A stretch of 63,387 bases of DNA, counting the filler, from Phoronis australis (lineage: Eukaryota > Animalia > Phoronida): assembly GCA_002633005.1 (NCBI GenBank). It is 8 parts of 8 records of this genome, joined end to end, with 100 filler letters (N's around TTAATTAATTAA, not from the genome) between each part and the next. Parts side by side here need not be neighbours in the genome. Positions count along the whole stretch, not along the records: positions 1 to 26,763 come from NMRA01001115.1; positions 26,864 to 32,850 come from NMRA01002244.1; positions 32,951 to 40,439 come from NMRA01000055.1; 5 more parts are not named here. One strand, given 5' to 3'. The translations under genes and the position numbers were made by a program. Positions within the stretch are counted from its first letter, which is position 1. Each line of letters opens with the position of its first letter. Under the pieces are notes generated by a model. That model ran no database searches. It was not told the origin of the DNA and saw only the letters and a program-made list of their open reading frames with translations. Below, in pieces: positions 25,334 through 36,427 of this stretch.

Positions 25334-25702
25334 CTAGTGAGGGACTCAACTATAGGTCCTTAAGTATTGTTTGCGTATTTGTGTCTTTATGAACTCGGAG
25401 GTGCAATATATTTTTATCATTTCGTCTAGTATTATGAGCTCCTCTTTGATTAATGACATTTTCTAATAATATAACTAAAAGCTGAGCCCATTCGGAAAAT
25501 AAATAGGGACTTAGTCCTTCTGGCAAAATTGGGCCCGGGGGCGATCGCCTGCTAATCATTTTCGATAGTATTGACAATTCAACGTAGAGTTCACTCTCAA
25601 TTTGAATCAAAGTCAAAAGTTGACTTAGTGATGAAATTAAAACAATACAAAAAGGGCAATCGATGTTTTCACAAGCCCAAAGGTAGATTTAGGGAACTAT
25701 TT

Positions 25703-26763
25703 TGTGTGGAGTCAAGTACCGTGGGACTACTGCCCCGCCTCAGCTGGTGTCGAAACACAGGACCAAGTTTGGTCCTGCACAGAAACCTTATAGACCTATA
25801 ATACTGCTCGAAACAGACTACAAACAGCTGTATCTCACCGAACATTTGGCACGTGTTTTAAGATTAAGTGCACGCTAGCTATCAATGTTCGGTGTGTCAT
25901 TTGTCAGTGCTAACTACATATCGGTCAGCCTGTTCAGAACTGCTATAGGGGATCATTATCTCTTATCTGATTTTGTATACCTTACCCTATAAGAACCTGT
26001 GTATCGAGTCACAACATTTGGCGTAGTTGCTACGTGCAGTTTCTACCTTTACACCGAGTGGCGCGTAATTCAAAGTAACTTTCGTGGATTTGTTTTCCTT
26101 GTCGCTCGGTACCACCCGTGTCGTAGCGGGTAGGTCACTGAACACGGGTGTTCAGCTGTTTCGCTTATTACATTTTTCATTTTTGTCTAGTAAATATAAT
26201 TACCATTAGTATAATTTTTGGTATTATTATTTACTATTTCAGTCTTTGCAGACTTATTATTTCCCTAGTGCCACACCTATTTTTGGCACCTTATAATGAC
26301 GTCCAAGATTCTTATTAATTCTTGTGACGCTGCAACACTGTTGGACCTTCCGGGTATGACTACTGATGTTGCTGCTGCAGTTATGGACTTCAGAGCAATA
26401 TTAGCTATTACTCCGGAGAATGTGTACAAGATACATTCCAGTTGGAAGCCAACCAAGACTGTGCAGAAGTCCATAGACTTCACAGTCCCATGTGGTCTGC
26501 CTGAAGATTTGGAGGAAGTAGTCAAGGTTTGTGACGAATTTGGTAAGAAAACCTCATCAATACTTACCTCTAGCCCTGACTATTCATTTTCCAAGTTGGC
26601 AGCTAAACTGACTACGTCGTCAAAGACTGGTAGTGGCGTTGCTTATGCAAAGTCTCATTCGCATACTAGCATGTCACCTACGCCCTTTGGCTCTGGCACT
26701 CATTACCTGTCACGTCTCCCACGCAACCTAATCTTTAGTGGCAAGTTAGGTACATGGGAGGAC
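25703..26763 (+). mobile_element. 5' end of a Gypsy-type LTR retrotransposon: putative LTR 25703-26016, PBS about 26019-26029, gag ORF from 26296
   Basis: TGT...ACA-bounded segment followed by TGGCGTAGTTG (complementary to a tRNA-Ser-like 3' end). The ORF ends in LPRNLIFSGKLGTWED, resembling the invertebrate Gypsy gag start (L.YDG...W); cut by linker. LTR 5' boundary tentative. Confidence 0.6.
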
Positions 26764-26863
26764 NNNNNNNNNNNNNNNNNNNNNNNNNNNNNNNNNNNNN
26801 NNNNNNNTTAATTAATTAANNNNNNNNNNNNNNNNNNNNNNNNNNNNNNNNNNNNNNNNNNNN
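26764..26863. other. Artificial contig linker N44-TTAATTAATTAA-N44; also at 32851-32950, 40440-40539, 48810-48909, 52294-52393, 56585-56684, 59364-59463
   Basis: Identical 100-nt spacer with stops in all six frames, seven times; it cuts genes mid-ORF. Confidence 0.98.
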
Positions 26864-26876
26864 GCCACTGTATTAT

Positions 26877-26924
26877 GACTTCTGAGGATGGTGTTTAATA
26901 AATGACACCGAAACATGTCAAGTT
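26877..26924 (+). ncRNA. Minimal type I hammerhead ribozyme motif (Penelope-type)
   Basis: ACUU-CUGAGGA-U-GGUGU(loop)ACACC-GAAA-CAUG-UC-AAGU: intact core, 5-bp helix II, palindromic CAUG loop III, helix I ACUU/AAGU; predicted cleavage after 26919. Confidence 0.75.
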
Positions 26925-27543
26925 TTAAATCCGTTGTTGAATTTTTAGTGACTATGTTTTGCACTCGTATGAGTATATACTAGTGGCGTCTGGTTAATTC
27001 AGTGGTGTCCGAAGGCGTACCTCCAAAACCCTCGATGCATGTTCAGGTGGGACAACACAAGCAAAATTTTCCCTAGGGACAATTTTACTTTTTTATGCTG
27101 GCTTGTGTATCTTCGGAGTTTCTTGACATATTTTCATGGAATTTGGCAATTAGATATTTATTGATGAGACTATATGCTGTGATATGTAGTAAAATGACGA
27201 AAAAAAATAGATTTTGTAGGCTTAAAACTCTGCGCCAGTTAGTTTATTACTGTTGTAGCACATCCCGTTGTGCGACCCCTGTTGAGACGTCTGCTTCGAC
27301 CGCCATTGTATTACAAGTTTGCCTGAACATAGTTACATATTTCGCTTCAATTTGGTGTTTGTTTATCCACTGGCGTGGTGGCAGCGCAGTCTCTACCCAT
27401 TTCCTGATCAATTTAGACAATTCACGGAGATGGTTACCACACAAATTCAGTATGAACATTCACTGTTTGGAACAATTATCCTGCAATGAGATAGGGTATT
27501 CTATATCTGTTTCAAGTAACTGTAAAGTAAGCATACGACAATC

Positions 27544-29070
27544 GTGGCATCGTTACGTACCCCAAAGCAATGGTCTTTGACCAAACATGAGACTATCACG
27601 TCCTTTGAGTCATGGAAACAAAACATGAACTACACGCTATCACTTAACAAAAACTTTACACTTTGTCAACACTACTTGACTCAAAAAGTCACAAACTACA
27701 TCAATCGTTTCTTCACTGAAGACACCAAAGGCGCACATACCAGCAGAAAGTTTCCCATCTTGAGCTAATGTTAGGTTAGATAGCCAACTACTGGATCACC
27801 ATTGTCAAGAACTCGACTTCTATTGAGAATGTCTGGCAGTTGATCCGTGCACACTTTGGGTTCCATTCAACCGGCTCCAACTTCTTCGATTTTGTACTAT
27901 ATAAGCTATTGTCTTTTACTTAGAGACGTGGTAGGTTGTTTGCAGACGTTTCGACCTGGTCCGCCAGGTCTTCGTCGACGAATGAGGGATTTCCCGCCTT
28001 TCGCTCGTTAAGAATGCTGGAGTACACGGGGATAAGTGAAGTCCTCGGTCCCAGTTCAAGAGGGGGGCGGGGGGCGCTGTCTGTTGATGTTTATGGGACC
28101 GAGGACTTCACTTACCCCCCGTGTACTCCAGCATACTTAACGATCGAGCGAAAGGCTAGAAATCCCTCATTCATCGGCAAAGACCTGGCGGACCAGGTTG
28201 AAAAGTTTGCAAACAACCTACCACGTTTCTGAATAAGTGACCATCTTATATACTGCAATGCCTCTAGAGACCAATGACGAACCTATTCTCCAGAAGTCTT
28301 CGATTTTGTCTAGATAAGATTCGAAGCTGACGAGCGACCAAAGGATTTATTCCAACGTATCCAGTCATTTGTCGAGGACAACCTTCTCACCACGACCACG
28401 AACCCCTTTTTACCGCCTTATGATCTTGCTTACCTGTCCAAAACCCGCCATATGTACTGTTGCGACGATGATGATAACTCCTCCTATGCCAATGCTGCTG
28501 AATTTTTGCCATATGATCATACGTCTGATATCAGTCCCTTTTCTGCTACCGTAAACGTTGCTTCTTCTCTTTTTGTAAGCGCTAAATAATCCCCTGCGCT
28601 CAAAGTATACATTAGAATCACTCAGTCGTTCTTACTTTGGATGCTGGTGCTGAGTCAAGTATGATCAAAGCTTCAGTTGCTAAGTACCTGAACTTGCCAA
28701 TCCAAAAAACCAATGAAAACCGTCGGTGCCAGGCTGACGTGGCATTGGTAAGACTCACATCTGTCTATCAAGAAACAATAGACTTCTTCATCATGATGCT
28801 GTCATTGTTGATGAGCTAGATGTCGACATCTTAGCAGGCATGCCCCTCATGAAGATGAATCCTGCCACGCACCAAATCATGATCCAGGGAGATGAGGTAG
28901 TCCCATATCGTCAAGTCAACGGAAAGCACTCAGGTAATACCGTCCATCGGGTTCAGTCTTTTGTCTTACGATCTCCTAAGGTCTCTACGGTAGTGTATCC
29001 TGGTGACTTTATTCAGATCAATGTCCCTAGAGAACCCGGAGACGATGCAACTTAAGCCTTGCAGACCCAT
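27544..29070 (+). pseudogene. Degenerate Gypsy gag-protease relic interrupted by a 401-bp insertion
   Basis: [85 protein letters not shown] and protease-like LTLDAGAESSMI; many stops and frameshifts. Confidence 0.75.
27896..28296. mobile_element. Fold-back insertion (inverted arms about 150 bp, loop about 35 nt, tail about 44 nt) with 13-bp TSD; probably derived from Penelope pLTRs
   Basis: TCTTCGATTTTGT at 27883-27895 and 28297-28309; arms about 27898-28053 and 28093-28252 are reverse complements; gag homology resumes across the insertion. Confidence 0.85.
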
Positions 29071-31140
29071 ATGACATTGCCTTCAGCGAGTCACTCTTTG
29101 TCCGGATCAGCTTACCATTGAATCACAGCAGAAAACGAAGGCCAATCTGGTCATCTCCAGGTTTGATGACAAAATTAAAGAGGACAATTCGGACAAATTC
29201 CATTTTGATTGTCTTGTACTGTTCATATATACCTTTGGAAATTAATATGGGCTCGGATATAAAATTCAAACCCCATGTCTAAGTATTACATTTTAGGTGT
29301 CCTTTGATACTCACGTCCGTGAGACTTGCAGAAAAGTTGCATCACAGCTGGCTGCTCTACAACTACTGCCATTCGTTCTTGAATCTGTCTCAAGAATTTC
29401 AAGTTTTAATTGTTTTATGTAATATCATTTCAGTTACTGTAATATTGTTTGGCAGTTTTGTGGTTCAACGATCTCTAGCAAACTCGGAAGGCTTCAGTAC
29501 AGGACCCTGAAATTTAGGGTTTTGGGTACTGGGTTTGAGGTTTCGTTATTAAGGCCGGCATCCCCTTAGTTGACCTATGGTGTGAGGGATCTATTGTGGT
29601 GGAGGTTTTCAGGGCCGTGCACCACTTGTCTCCCAGCTTTATGTGGGGCTTGTCTGAAGTGAAAGAAACCCTGTACAATTCAAGATCACGTGAATGACTT
29701 CATGTCAAACATGCTGCAACCACTAGGCAGGCGCTAACGTCTTATCGATCTTACTGTGCGCAGCCGTCCAATTCTCTACCGTGACATACTAGGGAAAGTC
29801 AATCACTTAACGATTTCAAGAGAAACGTGTGCGGTTTCTAGTAGTCTGGATGTATGGTGTCTTGTTTGTCTGCTTGTTTCTGATAACTGTCAATTATTTC
29901 AAATTGTCAGTGATAATAGCCACCGGCTAATGTTTATGTTTAATTTGAAAACTAACAATAAAGAATTTATAAAAAATCTTAATTTTGAGAGTTAGTTTGT
30001 GGGGTAGTAATTGGGTAGCGTATTGTGGAACTGAAATATATTCATCTAGTAATGAGAGACGGTTGTTTTCAGCTGTTTCGAGTTTGAGGTACTCTCTTGA
30101 AGCAATTAGTTGCGCATATTAAAGTTGTGAGTGCCCTTGAAAATAACAAAATATACTCTTTGTATTTAAAACGTCCACACAATTATGAAATCAAGCAACT
30201 CACGTTTAAGGATCAATATTTGTTTCAGTTAGCGGAATAATGGACAGTGAGAAAACGCAAATATCGTAACTGTTCCGGTTTACAAATCCGTGCCGTAGGA
30301 AATGGGGGGATGGGGGCACCTGCGTCCGTATGAAACCGCGACGACCAGTACAGGCATGGTGTCGGTGGCAATCGAAAAACAGCAAAATGCGTAACATAGA
30401 GAAATTTTAACAGAACAATTGTCAACTACAACTTAAGGGTTTTGTCACAAAGAACGAAGTTGTGGTGTGACTAGAGTTTTAATCACAGAGAATGTTTCCA
30501 TGCAGTTTGCATTACATACAACATATCAAGTTCCGAAGTAACGAAAGTTAGCTGCTATCAAATGCTTGTCAGAGACTGGAGATTTTCCAACCGTGGACCC
30601 TCTCAACGAAATATCCCTACCTAATGTCTACGGTATTGGCACGATGTTGTTATGAATGACACTTAACACTTAAACTCTTCATAGTTGTATTAGTCAGGGG
30701 TAAAGGGGAAATTATTTTCCGCTAAATGGACAAACAACTTGCCTGGTAGACATCGTCAGACCGTGCAGGTACAATAGCCTGTCTAATTTTCTGAAGTGAA
30801 AGGAAGATTGGAAAACTTACGAGAAACGTTATGCTGAAGAATCCCATTAGTCTTGTTCAGGTGATTAGTGGAATGGGTCCAATTGTTTGGCGTAAACAAG
30901 CCTGTTGCACCAGGGCAGGCACCAGGCCTCTTGCCTTTTTATATATTTCTTGAGGTCCTTTTGTGTGCAGCAGAGTAGAGTAATTAACGCGTTACGATAC
31001 ATTGGCGTATCACTGAGAAAACCTGGTGATGTTTCACACTGTTTGACTTTTGGAATTCAATTTCATGTGAAACGTTATTTTAGGATCATCTTTACTCGAA
31101 GAAAAAGACACTAATAACCTTTGAATAAGCTACATGCTGT

Positions 31141-32796
31141 TTACTTCTGGAAAGAAGTGACTTTTTCTTGCCTTGCACGGATGAGTGCTCTTGTGTACTT
31201 GTCCCAAACATCGTGCGCTAAATACACTATCAGTTCAAAGACCTCGAGTAATGTGAGAACTGATATTCCAACACAGAAACCCAAGGCGCCACCAATATTT
31301 GAAAATAATGCATACTGGTCCATGTCTGGAACTTCAATTTCTTCTTTAATTTCAATGTTATCAAAATCTATGTTGATTTTCAACATGTTCTCTTTGACAA
31401 ATCTATGCTGCTGATCTTCGCTCACTTTCAGTAACTGCTCATTGTAAAGAGTATCGTTTGGCTTGCTTTTGATCAGACCAATCAGATTTTGGCTTTGAAC
31501 ATCGGACGGCCAAATACTTTCAATGGTTTTGACCTTGTAATTTCTTTCTTTACATTGTGGCAAACACTCAAAACTCTCAAGTTCAGCCATTATCTTGCTA
31601 TTCATTTTAGCGAGGCAGGCGAAGTTTTCATGAACTTTGTTAGCATTGCATGGATATCTTCCGCAGAATGGTTTTTCTAATTGATGCTGTCCGTCAAGTA
31701 CAAAGTACGAACTCACACAATCGCAAGAATCAGCTATTTGTGTCTGAATGTTCAAGATTTCACATGATCTCTTGCTGTAATTATAAGTCCTGTTGCCTCT
31801 GATTATCGCTTTCTCGCTGCTGCACTTTCGACTTAGCCTTGTAGTGTCTACTAAGTCTACTATAAAGTCAGTTGTGTGACCAACTTTCGCCACAAATCCA
31901 GATGCTGACTCCTGTAACGCAGGCAAGTGTTTCTTTTGATGAAAAAATACACGCACACCAGCACCCTCATTCCAATTTGTGGGTACCGTAATAGGGGTCG
32001 GAGGCATGGTTTCAAACTTCCAATCCTCAACAAACAGTGTTAACGACAAACCAAACCCTTTATTAGCAGTCATTGGGTTCATTGGAGCCTCAAACGTGTA
32101 GCAGTTGTAATATCTCGGGAAAATCGTTCGTCTCAACCAGACTTCACAATTCGGCAGAAAATTGTAAATACAGCCGACAATGAAATCTCTCTTGGAATGA
32201 CCAAAGACATCTGTTACTGTCTGATTGTATTCATATAAATTAAGAACCCAGTCTTGAGGTAACTGATAAGAGAACGATCCATCATCTCGGAATTCCCTTT
32301 TGCAATCACTGTCAAACAGGCCTAGATTTTCAAAGAAACTGTACTGGTGTTGAACTAGCTTGCTGTAGCTGTTTGGATTAATGTTGCAAATCGTCACAGC
32401 AGGGAAGGGTTTGTTGCGATCCACTTTAACTTTCGACATCATACTAGAGTGCTGTAATGAGTAGTGAAAAATAGTTCCAAGTATAAGACTTATGCATGCG
32501 ACCAGACTGACGAAAAATGACAGTACCCAGAAGGCTATTCGAAGCTTACTTGTTTTCTCTGTTATCTGAGAAAGTCCATGTGCTGTAGTGCTGATGCAAA
32601 AACTTTGAAAACGATATTTGAGGCTGCGGTCTTTCATGTCAGTTATATCTGGCTCCATTATACCCACGAGTTCTTGGTTTGGTGTGTTTTCACCACTGCA
32701 GCTGCTTATATTCAATAACAGCTCATTATTTTGATCAATAAATTCAATTAAAATGCCTACACAAATAACTAAACTGCTTTCGAAATTTTTAAACAT
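31141..32796 (-). CDS. DEG/ENaC (amiloride-sensitive sodium channel) family subunit, FaNaC-like, intronless; true start may be Met at 32658
   Basis: Pre-TM1 HG motif (STTAHGL), TM1, FPAVTICNIN, YNCYTF, GLSLTL, GVRVFFH, Cys-rich thumb, TM2 SNIGGALGFCVGISVLTLLE with G-x-S filter; one uninterrupted 551-codon ORF. Confidence 0.93.
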   Translation of the reverse strand: MFKNFESSLVICVGILIEFIDQNNELLLNISSCSGENTPNQELVGIMEPDITDMKDRSLKYRFQSFCISTTAHGLSQITEKTSKLRIAFWVLSFFVSLVACISLILGTIFHYSLQHSSMMSKVKVDRNKPFPAVTICNINPNSYSKLVQHQYSFFENLGLFDSDCKREFRDDGSFSYQLPQDWVLNLYEYNQTVTDVFGHSKRDFIVGCIYNFLPNCEVWLRRTIFPRYYNCYTFEAPMNPMTANKGFGLSLTLFVEDWKFETMPPTPITVPTNWNEGAGVRVFFHQKKHLPALQESASGFVAKVGHTTDFIVDLVDTTRLSRKCSSEKAIIRGNRTYNYSKRSCEILNIQTQIADSCDCVSSYFVLDGQHQLEKPFCGRYPCNANKVHENFACLAKMNSKIMAELESFECLPQCKERNYKVKTIESIWPSDVQSQNLIGLIKSKPNDTLYNEQLLKVSEDQQHRFVKENMLKINIDFDNIEIKEEIEVPDMDQYALFSNIGGALGFCVGISVLTLLEVFELIVYLAHDVWDKYTRALIRARQEKVTSFQK

Positions 32797-32950
32797 ACAA
32801 TCCTGTACTTACAGTTAAAGACAAAAGTAATCAGACAAAGTACGATTTCCNNNNNNNNNNNNNNNNNNNNNNNNNNNNNNNNNNNNNNNNNNNNTTAATT
32901 AATTAANNNNNNNNNNNNNNNNNNNNNNNNNNNNNNNNNNNNNNNNNNNN

Positions 32951-33697
32951 GATGGGAAGGGACCGGCATAGCAACCCAGCAGAACCTCAGTCTGTATTTT
33001 CTGAAAGGTAACTTCGGGATTACGTAGAGCTGATGGGTGGTTGGTGGGGGGACTGAAGTGACATATCGAGGAGGCGCCGATTCTGAAACCGAAAGAGAAA
33101 CCAGTGATAAGCTCCGTAGTCGAGAGGGAGTCATAACCTGAAAAATGAAGAGAACGAACGTAGGTCCTGTAGACGACGAACTAGGTGGCTGAATGAGAGA
33201 CCACGTTGAACAGAACAAAGGAAATATGGGAGACCAATCAGGAGTCGCGTAGAAAAACGTATGAATACAAAAGTAGGCCTTGAGGCTATAAATAGAGATG
33301 AGTAATGCAAAATAAACCCTAAGGACTGGTATCAAAATAAAGAGACAAGTGTCAAAATAATGACGATAAATGCATTTAACAAGTTAAATTTAATTAACTG
33401 ACTGTACATCGGGAGCAAGTTTTCGGTTATACAGAATTTGTTAAATGCACGACACTTTTTCATTGTTCACAGTCTTTATTCCGATACGTTCGTACTTTCG
33501 GAACAAAACTCTACTATCAACTGAACATCGATACAGTAACTGACCTAGCGACATAATTAAAAGACACACGATATTTCGAAACATAATTTTTTCATTCTCA
33601 AGTGAAGATAAAATGACGCATTAATGCCACCACAGAGTATAAGCTGACGACACACACAGTGAGACACGGCGGGTGTGAAATACTGCAAAGAATGACT
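32951..33697 (-). repeat. Second copy of the 5' region of the DIRS element plus flanking repeat; near-identical to 37720-38466
   Basis: Direct comparison: gatgggaagggaccggcatag...aagaatgact versus gatggaaagggaccggcatag...aagaatgact; bounded by a linker and a single n. Confidence 0.9.
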
Positions 33698-35476
33698 NGG
33701 AAAATATGTCTAGGATAACCAACCAACCTTATTTTAGGTCAAAATAACATGGAAAAAGGTTGCCTTCGCCTTTAATGTTTCCACCCATTTTCATGTGTTT
33801 AGTTCGGTTTGGGACATATTGTGCATGCAGTTGCCGCGTATATATTGTCTGATACAAGCTCTTTCAGTGCTTAATAGTAATTTGGATTGACATTTGATTA
33901 ATGATAAATATTGTTAGTGCCTGTGTTTGTAACTCAGTCACTTAATACAATAAATATAATTAGTTTGTTAAGTGTCCTTACTTGACTCGTTTTGTTGCGT
34001 AAATATCGTTGCTTTCTGTGTGGAAACATCTTACTAAAATGTCTACGATGGTCACTCAAAATAGTAGTTTTTAAATTGTACTATTGTTTAAAACTGTTGT
34101 GCAAATCCATGCAAGGTTTCGAATATTTCACGTGATGTGACCAGCAGGTGGCGTGTATGAAGACTAATAATTGTTTCTTGTGCAATTAGGGATTATTTTT
34201 AAATTGTTTTTAATTTTTGCATTAAGTCCAAAAAAAGGATTTTTAATGATTTTTATGAAAAGTCTCAAACGTTGTATCAAAGGAAAACGAAACAATACTT
34301 TATAAAACCGTAACAGGATTGTTGAGATTTCATCTTGAACCTCTGTATGAAATGAAAGTTGGCCATGCCATGGATATTGTTTTGGTGATTCAACAATTCA
34401 AAGCTGTTACAAGCCAAACGTTGCGAGGTGACTCCAGTAAAGCTGCATAATATTACTACCCTTTCACTCATGAATACTGTCAGTGTAGTTGGTTACGTCT
34501 TACAACTGTTGTGCACTTCGCTCTTGTTGTGGTTAAATGTTGAACGGCTTTTAAAATAAGCCAGGAAGTGTTCCTGGGCTAGAACACTATGGCAGTAATG
34601 TCTTTTGAAAACACTTCGATGTTTTTTCTAGAACCGTTGAGAACGAAAATACTAGAGAGTTGTTTTAGTCTCCCAAAGAAAAGCTACTTTGTCCTATGAC
34701 AAAACAACGCGAAACGCTTATGGTTGTGTAGGATTTTATCGACAAACCTTTGCATTTTTCTAATTATCTTCAAAGCTATAAATTTTAAGTCGGTAAAAGC
34801 ATTTATGAATTACTTGAGCTCAATATGATCTTGTTTTCCGTACTGCACTCCCGGGACTAGTTAAACAGTCCCCTCTGTCTGACAAGGAAAGTTGAAAATG
34901 TCAAAGCGGACCCGACGTCGTCAGCCGGCTCGATCATCAAACATTCCCAAAATAGCTTTTATCGTAATCTATTTTGCCCGGGGTACGCCATGAGCTATGT
35001 TGCAGAGTAAAACAAGAGGAGGATTGCGAATATTGTCATTTATTATGACGTGAATAGATAAAACTAACTAAGACTCTGCAAGATGGGCATGGACAAAACG
35101 CCATAATGGCAGCACGGGAATGCTGACATCGCCCATCCGAGGAAGCGGAACCCGGGCAATAACAAGGTTAGACTATGATAAAATATAGGTACTAACAACG
35201 GGATAACAGCAAATTAGAATACATAAGTCTAGAATATAAAAAACAAGAACATAAGGAAATGGAAGTAAAGTTAACTAGATTTAATGACTAGAAATTGAAG
35301 CCTGCAACTACAGGCCTTGGGCCACAGGCTGCAACAACAGACCTGCGAACCGGAGGAGGCCGGCTGCAACAACAGACCTGACCTAGTGGGCTGAAACCAC
35401 AGACCCGGAGGAGTGGGAGGGGCTGAGAAGCAAAGTGAGAGAAGTGGGGAGCTGCAACAACAGGCTCACCAGGAGT

Positions 35477-36427
35477 TCAAGAAGCCTGGGGAAGAGGAAA
35501 AGCAGACATGCGAATGTAGTTTTTTAGTGCGTCAGATTTCCAGCGCCCCATGCGCTGGATCACCGGTTCAGGGACGCCCCGGCTGGCCGCAGAGGTGGCG
35601 GCGCCAATGCGAAAGCTATGAGACGTATAAGACTTGGTGTCGAGTCCTACAAAGGAAACCACTTTAGTTAACATGGAGTTGAAGCAGGAACGGGTAACCG
35701 GTGATCCACTGAGGTGTTGGAACAAGGGGCCAGGAGAGGGCTGAAAAGTAGACAAGTACAAGGTTAGGGCAGCTAGTGGGCAATGGGGAGATTGGCTGGA
35801 CGGAATTGTAAGTGACACTGGTCCCGAGCTGTGCTTGAAGGTCCGCATAGTGATGACCACAGAATCGCCAGAGGGGGGGAAGACGACGTCGCTGACCTGT
35901 ATGACGTGGGAGGAGAGCGAGGAGGTGACTGTGAATTCACCGACCCTCAGGAAGGCATGGAAGGCTAAGAGGAACATAGCACGTGCGAGAACCGAGTCCG
36001 CAAAAGAGCCGAGTGCAGAAGGGCAGGCGTCAAACAAGCGGTGAAGCAAAGCGGAAGTAATGGGCATGCGTGTGTCAGAAGAAGGGCGCAGATTGGAAGT
36101 GCCTTTTAGGATTTTTTTGATAAAAAAGGAGGAAGTGGGGTCAGGGAGGTTGTCAAGCTTGTGGACAAAGCTAATGGCAGAGACGTAGGACTGGATAGAC
36201 GAGCTACTAAGCCCAGATTCGAAGAGATGAGAGATGTAGATGGCCAAGAAAGAGGTATTAATGGGCAAGGTGAGCGGAGAGTTGTTAGAGGAGAGGTGAA
36301 ACTGTGCGAGGTTACGCAGGATGCGGGTGTAGGACTGAAGCGTGGAGGGGGCCAGGGAAGCCCGGAGCAGTCTGGTCACTCTGTCAGGAGGTGCTGTGGG
36401 ATCGGTGTCGGATGAGGGCTGAGCCAA
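35477..36427 (-). CDS. Tyrosine recombinase of a DIRS/Ngaro retrotransposon
   Basis: Intact 316-aa ORF: N-terminal binding domain (SLAPSTLQSY...YVSAISF.HKL...DPT), catalytic R (FLRVGE), HxxR (HSFRIGAA), GRWKS and Y (KNYIR). Overlaps the end of the RT-RH ORF. Confidence 0.92.
   Translation of the reverse strand: MAQPSSDTDPTAPPDRVTRLLRASLAPSTLQSYTRILRNLAQFHLSSNNSPLTLPINTSFLAIYISHLFESGLSSSSIQSYVSAISFVHKLDNLPDPTSSFFIKKILKGTSNLRPSSDTRMPITSALLHRLFDACPSALGSFADSVLARAMFLLAFHAFLRVGEFTVTSSLSSHVIQVSDVVFPPSGDSVVITMRTFKHSSGPVSLTIPSSQSPHCPLAALTLYLSTFQPSPGPLFQHLSGSPVTRSCFNSMLTKVVSFVGLDTKSYTSHSFRIGAATSAASRGVPEPVIQRMGRWKSDALKNYIRMSAFPLPQAS

Noticed and set aside
24004-25392. Cluster of overlapping ORFs
   Set aside because: They lie in duplicated repeat sequence and an N gap, with no protein motifs.
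29115-29390. Two exon-like segments on the minus strand with GTGAGT/GTAAGC donors
   Set aside because: No phase combination gives a continuous recognisable protein; at most non-coding or decayed exons.
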